DNA from: Flavobacteriales bacterium
GTDB lineage: Bacteria > Bacteroidota > Bacteroidia > UBA10329
Direction: 5' to 3'
Assembly: GCA_049608805.1 (NCBI GenBank)
Contig: JBMYXX010000003.1
Coordinates: forward strand, 1-40,105
Length of the DNA: 40,105 nt
Of this stretch, positions 30,430 to 40,003 are shown piece after piece. A program made the position numbers and the translations under genes. Each line of letters begins with the position of its first letter. Within the stretch, counting starts at the first letter, position 1. The notes below the pieces were generated by a model. It ran no database searches. It was not told where the DNA came from and saw only the letters and a list, made by a program, of their open reading frames with translations.

Positions 30430-30544
30430 GAAGTCAAGTTCAAAAACATGTAAACCTTGAAATAGGAGGCGCAATTTAGTAAAATGAAAGACCAACCTTG
30501 ATTTTTAAACAATCAAGTTATCCATCTAATCGGTAAGGGTGATT

Positions 30545-31339
30545 TTAGTAATTGACCTTAACGTAGTAGCCTGCGTGGTTTCTAATGTTAATAACATTAA
30601 GGTTGTCGAATATCAGATACTGACCTTTAATGCCCGTTAGAACTCCTTCTACAGACTCTACTTTTTCTAATCGCTGGCTTTTTACTTTCTCTGGCGTATC
30701 TAAAGAGGGGAAGTTGAGGTTCCAAATCTCTTCATCATCTGTAACGTATTGCTGTAATTCTTCAGACAACCTTGCTTTAGCTTCGGCCTTAACCGTTAGT
30801 AAATCAGCTTCTAGCACTTGGTTTTTTAGCATACGCTGCCAGTTGGTTTTGTCGCTGTAAAATTCTTTAAGCGCCACTTCAATCTCGCCAGATAACCTTC
30901 TATAGGGAACCTTGGCTAGAATTATAGCGGCAGATGCGCCTTGGTCAATCCAGCGTGTTGGGATTTGAGTTTCTCTTGTAATACCCACTTTTAAACCGCT
31001 GCTTAATGCGAGATAAACGAAGTGCGGCTGCACATGGTGTTTTTGTTCCCACTCTGGATCACGGCCACCGCCCAAATGTCCTTCGCATAATTCTGGGCGT
31101 AGAATGCATTCTGCATTATCGGGAGAATTGGCAAAGCACGGATAGCAGAATCCTTGTCCGAATGCCTTCTTTGTTCTTACACCACAAGAAACACAGTTTA
31201 TTTGTCCATCGAACTGAATAGAAATTTTCTTTCCTAGAAGGTCATTCATAAGAATTCTATCCTCACCCAAAACGAGTGTGTATTGAATTGGCGAGCCAAA
31301 TTCGACTGGCATTTTAAAGAGGTTTCCTTCGTGCTGCAT
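30545..31339 (-). CDS. DUF2797-family protein (Cys-rich)
   Basis: C..CG....K.F.QGFCYPC, HFVYLA..SGLKVGITR, RWIDQGA and GIKGQYL. The start is ATG 31339, downstream of a TACATTTG promoter. Confidence 0.85.
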   Translation of the reverse strand: MQHEGNLFKMPVEFGSPIQYTLVLGEDRILMNDLLGKKISIQFDGQINCVSCGVRTKKAFGQGFCYPCFANSPDNAECILRPELCEGHLGGGRDPEWEQKHHVQPHFVYLALSSGLKVGITRETQIPTRWIDQGASAAIILAKVPYRRLSGEIEVALKEFYSDKTNWQRMLKNQVLEADLLTVKAEAKARLSEELQQYVTDDEEIWNLNFPSLDTPEKVKSQRLEKVESVEGVLTGIKGQYLIFDNLNVINIRNHAGYYVKVNY

Positions 31340-31362
31340 TTTCGTGTTATTGGTTGTGGCGG

Positions 31363-31370
31363 CAAATGTA
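31363..31370 (-). promoter_or_regulatory. -7 promoter element
   Basis: Minus-strand TACATTTG lies 23 nt before the ATG at 31339. Confidence 0.6.
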
Positions 31371-31434
31371 TGGTTTGGCCAATTACGGATTATCCATCGT
31401 TGGCGGTAATTTCCTAGCAAATTGCTTAAAGCTA

Positions 31435-31530
31435 TTGTCACTCCGAGTATGCGAGGAGTCTCTTTATTAAGTTATGCTGTTCGGTCTATTGCTCAGATGT
31501 TGTGAGACCCTTCGTACCTCAGGGTGACAA
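31435..31530. repeat. Inverted-repeat pair (REP doublet or MITE-like), about 96 bp
   Basis: Left arm TTGTCACTCCGAGTATGCGAGGAGTCTC; right arm GAGACCCTTCGTACCTCAGGGTGACAA (reverse complement TTGTCACCCTGAGGTACGAAGGGTCTC); about 41-nt spacer. Confidence 0.7.
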
Positions 31531-31685
31531 ACAGATTACGTGTTTTACTAATCACATAGTCAGTTTAGGTTCGACCTAAATGGATTAGTAAATACTGATT
31601 GCCACTTTTCAAGAAATCACATCATCGGTTACATGCTATCGGCAGATAACTATGGAGTGGTAACTTCGCGGCTCGGAAAACAGCC

Positions 31686-33266
31686 ATGACACGCCAAGAA
31701 GAAATAGACAGAAGAAGAACGTTTGCAATTATTAGCCATCCAGATGCTGGTAAAACAACATTAACAGAAAAGTTGCTGCTTTTTGGTGGTGCAATTCAGG
31801 TGGCTGGTGCTGTAAAAAGCAATAAGATTAAGAAAACGGCTACATCAGATTTTCTTGAAATTGAAAAGCAGCGTGGTATTTCTGTGGCTACATCTGTTAT
31901 GGGTTTTGAGTACCGAGGCAAGAAGATTAATATTCTAGACACACCCGGCCACCAAGATTTTGCCGAAGACACTTACAGAACACTTACTGCGGTAGATAGT
32001 GTAATTGTGGTGATTGATGTTGCTAAAGGAGTAGAGGCACAGACAGAAAAACTGGCTGAGGTTTGCCGTATGCGAAATACGCCTGTTATCGTTTTCATCA
32101 ACAAACTAGATAGGGAAGGAAAGGATGCTTTTGAACTGCTTGATGAAGTAGAGCAGAAGCTTAAAATTAACGTGCGTCCAATGAGTTGGCCTATTGGAAT
32201 GGGTAAACGATTTAAGGGCGTTTACAATTTGTATGAGAACAACCTAAGTCTGTTTAGTGGTTCTGATAAACAGCGAAAAGAAGATACCGTTGATATTGAG
32301 TCTCTTGAAGATGAACGGGTTAACGAGCTGGTAGGAGAAGAGGCTGCAAACACGCTAAGAGAAGAGGTTGAATTGGTAGAAGGCGTATATTCTAAGCTTA
32401 ATATACAGGATTACATGGATGCCAAGGTGGCTCCAGTATTCTTCGGTAGTGCATTAAACATGTTTGGAGTAAGAGAAATGCTCGATTGCTTCGTAGATAT
32501 TGCTCCATCTCCTAGAGGTATGGAAACCGAGGAAAGAGCCATCGACCCAAGCGATAATAAGTTTACGGGTTTCGTGTTTAAAATTCACGCCAATATTGAC
32601 CCTAACCATAGGAATAGAATTGCGTTTCTAAGAATTACCTCAGGTACGTTTGAAAGAAACAAAGGCTACAACCATGTTCGATTAGGAAAGAACTTGAAGT
32701 TTAGCAGCCCGACCTCTTTTATGGCGCAGAAAAAAGAAGTTATTGATGAGGCTTATCCGGGCGATATTGTTGGTTTGCACGATTCTGGAAACTTTAAGAT
32801 TGGCGATGCCCTTTCCGAAGGGGAGAAGCTACATTTTAAAGGTATTCCGAGTTTCTCGCCAGAGCTTTTTCAATACATAGAAAATGCCGACCCAATGAAA
32901 ACCAAGCAGCTCAATAAAGGCATTGATATGCTGATGGATGAAGGAGTTGCGCAGCTATTCACTCGTAAAATGAATGGCAGAAAAATTATTGGCTGTGTAG
33001 GGGCGCTTCAGTTCGAAGTTATTGAGCACCGTTTAGAGCATGAGTATGGCGCTAAGTGTAGGTATGAAGGCATTAGTCTGCACAAAGCTTGTTGGATTAG
33101 CAGCGATGATGAAGACGAATTAGCCAAATTCAAGGATATGAAATTGAACTTCCTAGCCGATGACAAAGACGGTAAGCTTGTTTTCTTAGCAGATAGTGCA
33201 TGGGCCTTACAAATGGCTCAAGAGCAATATCCAAATATTGAGTTTCACTTTAAGAGTGAGTTTTAA
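31686..33266 (+). CDS. prfC: Peptide chain release factor 3
   Basis: RRTFAIISHPDAGKTTLTEKLLL, DTPGHQDF, NKLDR and GALQFEV. Confidence 0.97.
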   Translation: MTRQEEIDRRRTFAIISHPDAGKTTLTEKLLLFGGAIQVAGAVKSNKIKKTATSDFLEIEKQRGISVATSVMGFEYRGKKINILDTPGHQDFAEDTYRTLTAVDSVIVVIDVAKGVEAQTEKLAEVCRMRNTPVIVFINKLDREGKDAFELLDEVEQKLKINVRPMSWPIGMGKRFKGVYNLYENNLSLFSGSDKQRKEDTVDIESLEDERVNELVGEEAANTLREEVELVEGVYSKLNIQDYMDAKVAPVFFGSALNMFGVREMLDCFVDIAPSPRGMETEERAIDPSDNKFTGFVFKIHANIDPNHRNRIAFLRITSGTFERNKGYNHVRLGKNLKFSSPTSFMAQKKEVIDEAYPGDIVGLHDSGNFKIGDALSEGEKLHFKGIPSFSPELFQYIENADPMKTKQLNKGIDMLMDEGVAQLFTRKMNGRKIIGCVGALQFEVIEHRLEHEYGAKCRYEGISLHKACWISSDDEDELAKFKDMKLNFLADDKDGKLVFLADSAWALQMAQEQYPNIEFHFKSEF

Positions 33267-33356
33267 CTCGGTTTGAGTTGCCGCTATGATTTTAGATAAC
33301 CAGCAATCAAGCATTACTCAAATTGAGCAATTTTAGCATCATGGCAATAGAGTAGG

Positions 33357-33923
33357 CTATGGATGAATTACATCGGCTTCCCTAAGCACTCTATATCCGA
33401 AAACACCGTCAGAAAATGTGAATTCTATTTGCGGAGAGGTGCTGCTACTAGGCGCCTCGGCTAAGTTTCTAATTCGCCAGAATTCATCGTAAGCATCGTT
33501 CTCTAATTGGTAGATGTAGCCTTTGCCGCCAAACTCCACGTTAAGTACGTTGTGCACCTCTTTATATTCTTGAGATGAACATGCGTTGATGAATAAAAAT
33601 GAAGCAAGTAGAATAGGAGCTACCGCGAAGGTGCTGTAATACAAGCCATCCAAAATGGTTAGGTGTAGCTTCTTTCTCAATAAAAAGGAGAGGACAAAAC
33701 CACACAAACCAGCAGACAGTAGAATACGACTGGCCTCTACTAAGTCAATAAGTGTGGTGGTTAGCTTAAAGTAAATAGTGAAAGCTGATACAAAAAACAC
33801 AATTATCATGATTCCATGATGCGCTTCCTTAACTGCGTTTAGCTTAAATTCTTGCACCCAAGATTGCTCAATTTTTATTGGGTCGGGTGGTGGAGGACTA
33901 TGCTTTGTAATCTTAGCAGACAT
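33357..33923 (-). CDS. Hypothetical membrane protein
   Basis: 188-aa ORF with three TM segments and a C-terminal G.FGY.V motif. It fills the intergenic gap. Confidence 0.65.
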   Translation of the reverse strand: MSAKITKHSPPPPDPIKIEQSWVQEFKLNAVKEAHHGIMIIVFFVSAFTIYFKLTTTLIDLVEASRILLSAGLCGFVLSFLLRKKLHLTILDGLYYSTFAVAPILLASFLFINACSSQEYKEVHNVLNVEFGGKGYIYQLENDAYDEFWRIRNLAEAPSSSTSPQIEFTFSDGVFGYRVLREADVIHP

Positions 33924-34042
33924 GCAAATGCTAGTATAGGTAAGGCAGACGATACAAACAACTCCATAGTTATTTGCACGCCAGATCGCAAAGCACTGCT
34001 TTTTGCTATGCTATCCGTTTAAAATGTTCGACTTTTGCGGCC

Positions 34043-34705
34043 ATGACCAAGTATAAGTGGATAATTGCGGCCTTTGCCGGTGTTTGGATTGTTGGAATGT
34101 TTGTGGTGTACCCAATGCTTAAAGAGAACCAGCGATTATTGGTTTTTCAGCCGGCAGATATTAATCCGCAGCTTGTAGATAAAGACATGCAACGCACAGC
34201 AAAGGCGCATAGAATTGCAGACTTTAAGTTGTTGGACCAAATGGGAGATACGGTGACCAATGCCAATTTTAAAGACAAAATATATGTAGCCGATTTCTTC
34301 TTTACCACCTGCCCGAGCATCTGCCCTAAAATGACGGCCAGTCTGAGCAAGCTATCTGAGATTTACCAAAACGACACAGATATTATGTTTTTGTCTCACT
34401 CGGTAACGCCAATAAAAGATCGCGTTTCTGTGTTAGCTGCTTATGCTGAAAAGTACAATGTTGATTACGATAGATGGAAATTAGTAACCGGAAGTAAAAA
34501 GCACATTTATGAGCTGGCGCGAAGAAGTTATTTTGCCGTTACCACAGAAGGAGATGGAGGTGTGGACGACTTTATTCATACCGAGAATTTTATTCTGGTG
34601 GATAAGGAGCGTAAAATTCGCGGGTTTTATGATGGAACATCTGCCCAAGAAATGGAACGGCTACAAGAAGACATTATCATCTTACGGTACGAGTATCAAG
34701 ATTAA
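34043..34705 (+). CDS. SCO1/SenC family copper chaperone
   Basis: N-terminal TM, FFFTTCPSICP (CxxxC) and HTENFILVD. The start is ATG 34043. Confidence 0.93.
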   Translation: MTKYKWIIAAFAGVWIVGMFVVYPMLKENQRLLVFQPADINPQLVDKDMQRTAKAHRIADFKLLDQMGDTVTNANFKDKIYVADFFFTTCPSICPKMTASLSKLSEIYQNDTDIMFLSHSVTPIKDRVSVLAAYAEKYNVDYDRWKLVTGSKKHIYELARRSYFAVTTEGDGGVDDFIHTENFILVDKERKIRGFYDGTSAQEMERLQEDIIILRYEYQD

Positions 34706-34736
34706 CGTCTGCCAAGAAAGTAGGCTTGGTTAAGTT

Positions 34737-36695
34737 TTAACCAACCTGACGGTTGTCCTTAAAAATGGCATCCTTAATGAACTGCCCGTTTTTATCGTAC
34801 AGTTTTACCGGTCCTTCAAGCACATCATTTACCCAGTTGCCTTTTAGCTTAGAACCATCAGGCATGGTGAGTAAACCTTTTCCGTGGCGTAGGTTGTTCT
34901 GCCAACTGCCTTCGTAAATCTGCTTGTTTGGCCAGCGATATGTTCCCTGTCCGTTCTTTTTGTCATCCTTCCATTCTCCTGTGTAGCCAATGTCGTAATC
35001 AAATTTCATGATGTACGTGTCTGGCTTTTTAAGCTGATGAATGACCTTAAATTTTGCAGGATACCTCTTAACCGCAGGGTACAAATACCGTGAAGTAGAT
35101 GAATAACCAAGCTGATCCAATACCACGTGGGTAACACCGCTTTCTTTCAAACCTAAAATAAGTTCTTCTTTGTCGAGCGTGCTTTTAAAACCAGAAACCC
35201 ACCTGTTGCTGTAGAGATAAAAAAGCTGTCCTTTTCGGCAGGCAACAACCGCATCTTTTGGGAGGTTTTTATTTGACCAACTAGCTATGTCAAAGTAGTT
35301 TTTGAACTTACTTATGTACACGCCTTTTGCTCGTTGTTCAAGTTCAGATACTCTAGAGTCTAGCTTGCTGTACAGCCCGAAGAAAATGATAAATGGGATA
35401 ACGGTGGCCAAAAGCCAAGGTTCTTTTTTCTTAAGTAGTAATGCTGCTAATGCCGGAATTTGTACAACGCCATGTAGGGCCAACATGATAAGAATCGGCA
35501 CAACCGGAAGCATGAATCTGATACCAAACCAAGCTTCTGGCCACAAGAATAAAATACCGAATGTACCAGCGAGGTAAAGCCCAATTAGAATCTTGTTGTC
35601 TTTCATTCTAGCCAACCCTATGGCCATGAGAATGAGAAGAATTAGGGTGATGATGTAATCGGTGATTGTTATCTCAACTTTGGCGTTTGGCAAACCTCGT
35701 TTAAGTGCTTGTGCCTTCTTTTCTTTTATGCTGAGTTCTTTAGCAGGTTCTTTCTTTTTGCCTGTTTTGGGGTCAACGGGTGTTTCTAGAGTTCCTGCCT
35801 CTTTTTTTAACTGCTTAACCGCTTGTTTGTAGTCTATGACTTCAAACGGTAATACGCTATTTGAAATCTCTAAGGCCAAATACCTTTTTACGTTCATTCC
35901 AAAGCGCTGCGGCCAATCGGCAATCTCCATCGGACCTAATTCTGGTCGGTATGGGTTTTTGCGCAAAAGCTGCTTTACATAAGGGCTACCTCCTAGGTTG
36001 GCACTTCTAATTTGCCATGGCAAAGCAAGAAGAAAAAAGCAAACTACCAATGTTCCGGCATAAGCCCATCGCTTTTTTAGTAGCAGAATAAGAGTGAAAG
36101 AAATTACCAACGAAACGCCTAGCGTTCTGATGTAAAACGCAAACGTCATGGCGGCAATAAAAAGCAAGAACTTCCAATTCTTGTAAACCTGTTTTTCAAA
36201 GTCGATGAGCACAAAAAGCAACAGGCTAATTGCCGAAAACAGAACAAACGAAATTTCGCTCATCATTATGGTGCTGTATTCCAGTAAATGGAAGTTAAAC
36301 GCAGCAAACATGCAGGCAATGAATGAAAGGTGAATGTTTTTTGTTAATGCTCTAAAGAGGAAAAACAAGACAATGAGTGCAGAGAGCATAAAGAAGCCAT
36401 TGGCACCTTTAATTGTGTCTATTTTGCCGTTTAAAACGGTCATTACACCACCAATTAGAGCAGAATATCCTGGCGGGAAATGATTGCCTGGCTTTTTGGT
36501 TTTAGAATGTATTGCGGTGTAGCCTTCGCCTTTGGCTATGGCTTTGCCGTAGATGTAATAACCGGCATTATCACCGCCTAGGTGCACTTTTTTATCAAAA
36601 ATGCGGTCGTAGGTTTTATTAAATGAAAAGCAAATAATGAGCAGATAGAAGACCACAACAAACTTGTGGTTTACGTATTTCTTTAAGGTTTCCAT
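34737..36695 (-). CDS. GT-C fold (ArnT/PMT-like) membrane glycosyltransferase with C-terminal MORN repeats
   Basis: GGDNAGY..Y..AI..G.GY, FPPGY, MSE and RF.LP..P motifs with many TMs. C-terminal YTGEWKDDKKNGQG / YEGSWQNNLRHGKG / KGNWVNDVLEG repeats. Confidence 0.8.
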   Translation of the reverse strand: METLKKYVNHKFVVVFYLLIICFSFNKTYDRIFDKKVHLGGDNAGYYIYGKAIAKGEGYTAIHSKTKKPGNHFPPGYSALIGGVMTVLNGKIDTIKGANGFFMLSALIVLFFLFRALTKNIHLSFIACMFAAFNFHLLEYSTIMMSEISFVLFSAISLLLFVLIDFEKQVYKNWKFLLFIAAMTFAFYIRTLGVSLVISFTLILLLKKRWAYAGTLVVCFFLLALPWQIRSANLGGSPYVKQLLRKNPYRPELGPMEIADWPQRFGMNVKRYLALEISNSVLPFEVIDYKQAVKQLKKEAGTLETPVDPKTGKKKEPAKELSIKEKKAQALKRGLPNAKVEITITDYIITLILLILMAIGLARMKDNKILIGLYLAGTFGILFLWPEAWFGIRFMLPVVPILIMLALHGVVQIPALAALLLKKKEPWLLATVIPFIIFFGLYSKLDSRVSELEQRAKGVYISKFKNYFDIASWSNKNLPKDAVVACRKGQLFYLYSNRWVSGFKSTLDKEELILGLKESGVTHVVLDQLGYSSTSRYLYPAVKRYPAKFKVIHQLKKPDTYIMKFDYDIGYTGEWKDDKKNGQGTYRWPNKQIYEGSWQNNLRHGKGLLTMPDGSKLKGNWVNDVLEGPVKLYDKNGQFIKDAIFKDNRQVG

Positions 36696-36713
36696 CCGCT
36701 ACTAGTTCTCGTA

Positions 36714-37604
36714 TTATTTAGCAAAGTAAGCCGAAACCGTTTTGTCTTTGCTGCCCGGAGTGTAGGTATAGAACCCACTACCAGATTTAACACCAAGATT
36801 TCCGCTTTCTACCATGTTTACAAGTAAAGGACACGGAGCATATTTTGGGTTGCCTAATCCATCATGCAAAACTTTAAGAATACTAAGGCAAGTGTCTAGT
36901 CCAATAAAGTCAGCTAAATGAAGTGGTCCCATTGGATGCGCCATTCCAAGCTTCATAATGGTGTCTATTTCGTTAACGCCAGCCACGCCATGGTACAGCG
37001 TTTCAATAGCCTCGTTAATCATTGGCATTAAAATTCTGTTGGCTACAAAACCAGGGTAATCGTTTACCTCAACTGGCACCTTAGAAAGCTGTTCTGTGAG
37101 GCTAACTACTGTTTCTCTAGTTTCTTCAGAAGTAGAGTAGCCGCTAATAATTTCTACCAGTTTCATGATTGGCACTGGATTCATGAAATGCATGCCAATA
37201 ACCTTTTCTGGTCGCTGGGTTACTGCAGCAATCTTTGTAATTGAAATAGAGGAGGTGTTACTCGCTAAAATTGTTTTGTCTGGACAAACCAATTCAAGCT
37301 CTCTGAAGATTTTGAGTTTAAGGTCGATGTTTTCTGTGGCCGCTTCTACAACTAGATCTGCATTAGAAGCACCTTTTTCTAAGCTGGTAAAAGAATGAAG
37401 GTTACCTATGGTTTTAAGTTTCTGGTCTTCGGTTAGTCTGCCTTTGGCTACTTGCCTGTCTAGGTTTTTTGCAATGGTATTTAAGGCTGCATCTAGCGCT
37501 TTCTGGCTTACATCTACAAGCGAAACCTGAAAACCATTTTGCGCAAAAACATGCGCAATTCCGTTCCCCATTGTACCTGCACCTATAACCGTAATATTTT
37601 TCAT
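36714..37604 (-). CDS. hbd: 3-hydroxybutyryl-CoA dehydrogenase
   Basis: VIGAGTMGNGIA, VEAATEN, SNTSS, GMHFMNP, PGFVANR and HPMGP. The start is ATG 37604. Confidence 0.92.
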   Translation of the reverse strand: MKNITVIGAGTMGNGIAHVFAQNGFQVSLVDVSQKALDAALNTIAKNLDRQVAKGRLTEDQKLKTIGNLHSFTSLEKGASNADLVVEAATENIDLKLKIFRELELVCPDKTILASNTSSISITKIAAVTQRPEKVIGMHFMNPVPIMKLVEIISGYSTSEETRETVVSLTEQLSKVPVEVNDYPGFVANRILMPMINEAIETLYHGVAGVNEIDTIMKLGMAHPMGPLHLADFIGLDTCLSILKVLHDGLGNPKYAPCPLLVNMVESGNLGVKSGSGFYTYTPGSKDKTVSAYFAK

Positions 37605-37679
37605 TCTTTGATTGTTTTGCGCGAATATACCTACCAAAATGCTTCAGGGAACTAGGAAAGAAAATGCTTTAGGTAAAGC

Positions 37680-39095
37680 CTACTTACCTCTTCCTAACAA
37701 GACGGTTTGCACCGTGTAAATCAGAATTTTTAAATCTACCAGCAGGTTCATGTTTTCAATGTAGAGAAGGTCAAATTTCATTCTACGAATCATTTGCTCC
37801 ACATTTTCTGCATAGCCATATTTTACCATTCCCCAAGAGGTTATTCCTGGTTTTACTTTATGAAGATGGCGGTAATGAGGCGCTTGTTTTACAATTTGGT
37901 CAATGAAGAATTGCCGCTCTGGTCTTGGTCCAACTAGGCTCATGTCGCCAATAAGCACGTTGTAAAATTGTGGAATTTCATCAAGCCTAACCTTGCGCAT
38001 AAACCTTCCCCAAGGTGTAATTCTAGGGTCGTGGTCGCTAGATAATGCTGGGCCAGCACTTTCGGCATTAACAATCATAGATCTGAACTTAAAAATATTG
38101 AAAGGTTTGCCGCCAATACCAATTCTTTCTTGTGCATAGAAAATAGGGCCGGGGCTGCTAAGCTTTACGCAGATTGCGGTAAGCAAATACAGCGGACTTA
38201 AGATGAGCAAGGCAAGCAGAGAAACAACAATATCTCCAACTCGTTTGGTAACCTCTTGCCAAGGCGCCATAATATCTTGGGTTACCTGAATGAGTGGCGT
38301 TCCGTAGATTGAATCCATTCTTACAGAACCCGAAAGAATGTCGTACATATCTGGTATAACCTTCACCATTACATTCTTGCTTTCTAACTGATTTAGAATG
38401 TTTTGAAGACTCTCATGTTCGCTAGATTCTAGCGCAATAATTACTTCCTCAATCTTATGCTGATCAATTAGTTCTACTAAGGAATCTTGCGTTCCTAAGT
38501 AAGAAAGGTGCTCTTTAAGAGGGTAGTTTTCCCGCTCTTTAACCCTAACAAATCCTTTGAAAAGATTTCCAGAAGCTTGTCTTTGATTTTCTAAATCGAG
38601 GTATAACTCAACGGCCTTAGCATTGCTGCCCACCATCAGCGTTGGGAAACCAATTTTTCTTGCGTGAATTTGATGTGCCGTTATGGAAGAAAGCAAAAAA
38701 CGGAGCATAAATGTTGCTCCAAAATGCAGTCCAAACAGAACAGCAAATGATTGGTAGTAAGTGGTGTGATTTACTATCTCATCGTCTAGAATTAAGGCGA
38801 AAAACAAGGCTGTAACTCCGCCAAGTGAGGTGACAAATGTTTGAAAGAACTCCTTCAGCCTAGACTTACGATAGACCTTTCTGTAATTGCCTAAGACGGT
38901 GTAAACAATGAGCCAAAACAACGGGATAAGAATAAGTCCTTGGATGAAACGCTCATCCATATTTACCATCACTTTAACCCCAAAAATTTGGCTTTCTACA
39001 ACTACTTTACGGTAGTAGAAGAAACAACTCCATGCTACAGCCGCAGCCAAAAGGTCAAACAGAATGTACTTAAAGGTTTGTAGTGGTCTGTTCAT
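37680..39095 (-). CDS. Polyprenyl-phosphate glycosylphosphotransferase (WcaJ/WbaP-like priming sugar transferase)
   Basis: N-terminal TMs and a CoA-binding-like domain, then KR..D, KFRSM, DPRIT..G, LDEIPQ, GDMSLVGPRPE and KPGIT. Confidence 0.93.
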   Translation of the reverse strand: MNRPLQTFKYILFDLLAAAVAWSCFFYYRKVVVESQIFGVKVMVNMDERFIQGLILIPLFWLIVYTVLGNYRKVYRKSRLKEFFQTFVTSLGGVTALFFALILDDEIVNHTTYYQSFAVLFGLHFGATFMLRFLLSSITAHQIHARKIGFPTLMVGSNAKAVELYLDLENQRQASGNLFKGFVRVKERENYPLKEHLSYLGTQDSLVELIDQHKIEEVIIALESSEHESLQNILNQLESKNVMVKVIPDMYDILSGSVRMDSIYGTPLIQVTQDIMAPWQEVTKRVGDIVVSLLALLILSPLYLLTAICVKLSSPGPIFYAQERIGIGGKPFNIFKFRSMIVNAESAGPALSSDHDPRITPWGRFMRKVRLDEIPQFYNVLIGDMSLVGPRPERQFFIDQIVKQAPHYRHLHKVKPGITSWGMVKYGYAENVEQMIRRMKFDLLYIENMNLLVDLKILIYTVQTVLLGRGK

Positions 39096-39097
39096 TA

Positions 39098-39964
39098 TTA
39101 ATGCAGCAACCTAATGTTGTCAATAATGGCAAATGCCTCACCCTGATGGTCTTCGTCTCTTAAAAAACCGAAATACGGTCGGTGGTCAATAAATCCAGAA
39201 TTTGTAGAAATAATATCCGTTAGATTTAGATAAATCCTATTCCAATCTTCGGATGGATTAAGCACAATAATTGGCACCTGAAACGTACCTGATTCGTCTC
39301 GGCTAAAAACGCCTGCTACCAATGTGTGGTTACTTCGGTAAGTAAATTCTAGCATTACGGGGTTTCCGCCACCGGGCAGAGCAACTGCGTTTGATAAACG
39401 GCATTCTGCAATTAACTCGTCTTCTTCTAACGTGAGTTTTAAAGATTCGCCATGGTAGGCTTCTGTTCCTTGTACTCTTTCTATTTCGCCATTGTTTACG
39501 TCTGTAGGTTCTAGAGATAGACCAATTCCTTCAAACTCTTCTATCCACGGAAAACTTACATCGGAATGATAAGTAAGCGTTGGGTTTACACTAACCTGGC
39601 TGTCTGGAAAGAGTTGAATTGTACCTTGATAATCTTGCGTGTAGAGGTAAGGTATGCGCGTTGCAACCTGCCCGTTTAGTTTAATGCCACCACGAATTCT
39701 GATGTTGGCATCTCCTTGGTTTAAAATTGGAACCACGGCTGGTAACTCAAAAATCCCAACCAACTGCTCATTGTCAAAAACCCAAGCATCAACAATATTG
39801 TGAACGGCTTCTCCTTCTCCGTTGCTGGTAGCTAAAGAAATGGAGTCAATTCTTAGGTAAGCAGGAATTTGCTCGTCAGGATTAATTAAATCGCAGGAGC
39901 TGAACGAGCTGCTAAACAGACTGAAAGTAAGACCTAATACTGCTGCTTGTAGAGAATTTCTCAT
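39098..39964 (-). CDS. Putative lipoprotein
   Basis: Signal peptide with lipobox FSSC followed by D-L-I-N-P-D-E. Beta-rich soluble body. It ends 2 bp upstream of the sugar transferase. Confidence 0.75.
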   Translation of the reverse strand: MRNSLQAAVLGLTFSLFSSSFSSCDLINPDEQIPAYLRIDSISLATSNGEGEAVHNIVDAWVFDNEQLVGIFELPAVVPILNQGDANIRIRGGIKLNGQVATRIPYLYTQDYQGTIQLFPDSQVSVNPTLTYHSDVSFPWIEEFEGIGLSLEPTDVNNGEIERVQGTEAYHGESLKLTLEEDELIAECRLSNAVALPGGGNPVMLEFTYRSNHTLVAGVFSRDESGTFQVPIIVLNPSEDWNRIYLNLTDIISTNSGFIDHRPYFGFLRDEDHQGEAFAIIDNIRLLH

Positions 39965-40003
39965 TGAACAATTTCCTCCTGAACGAGCACGAAAGTAAAC
40001 TTA

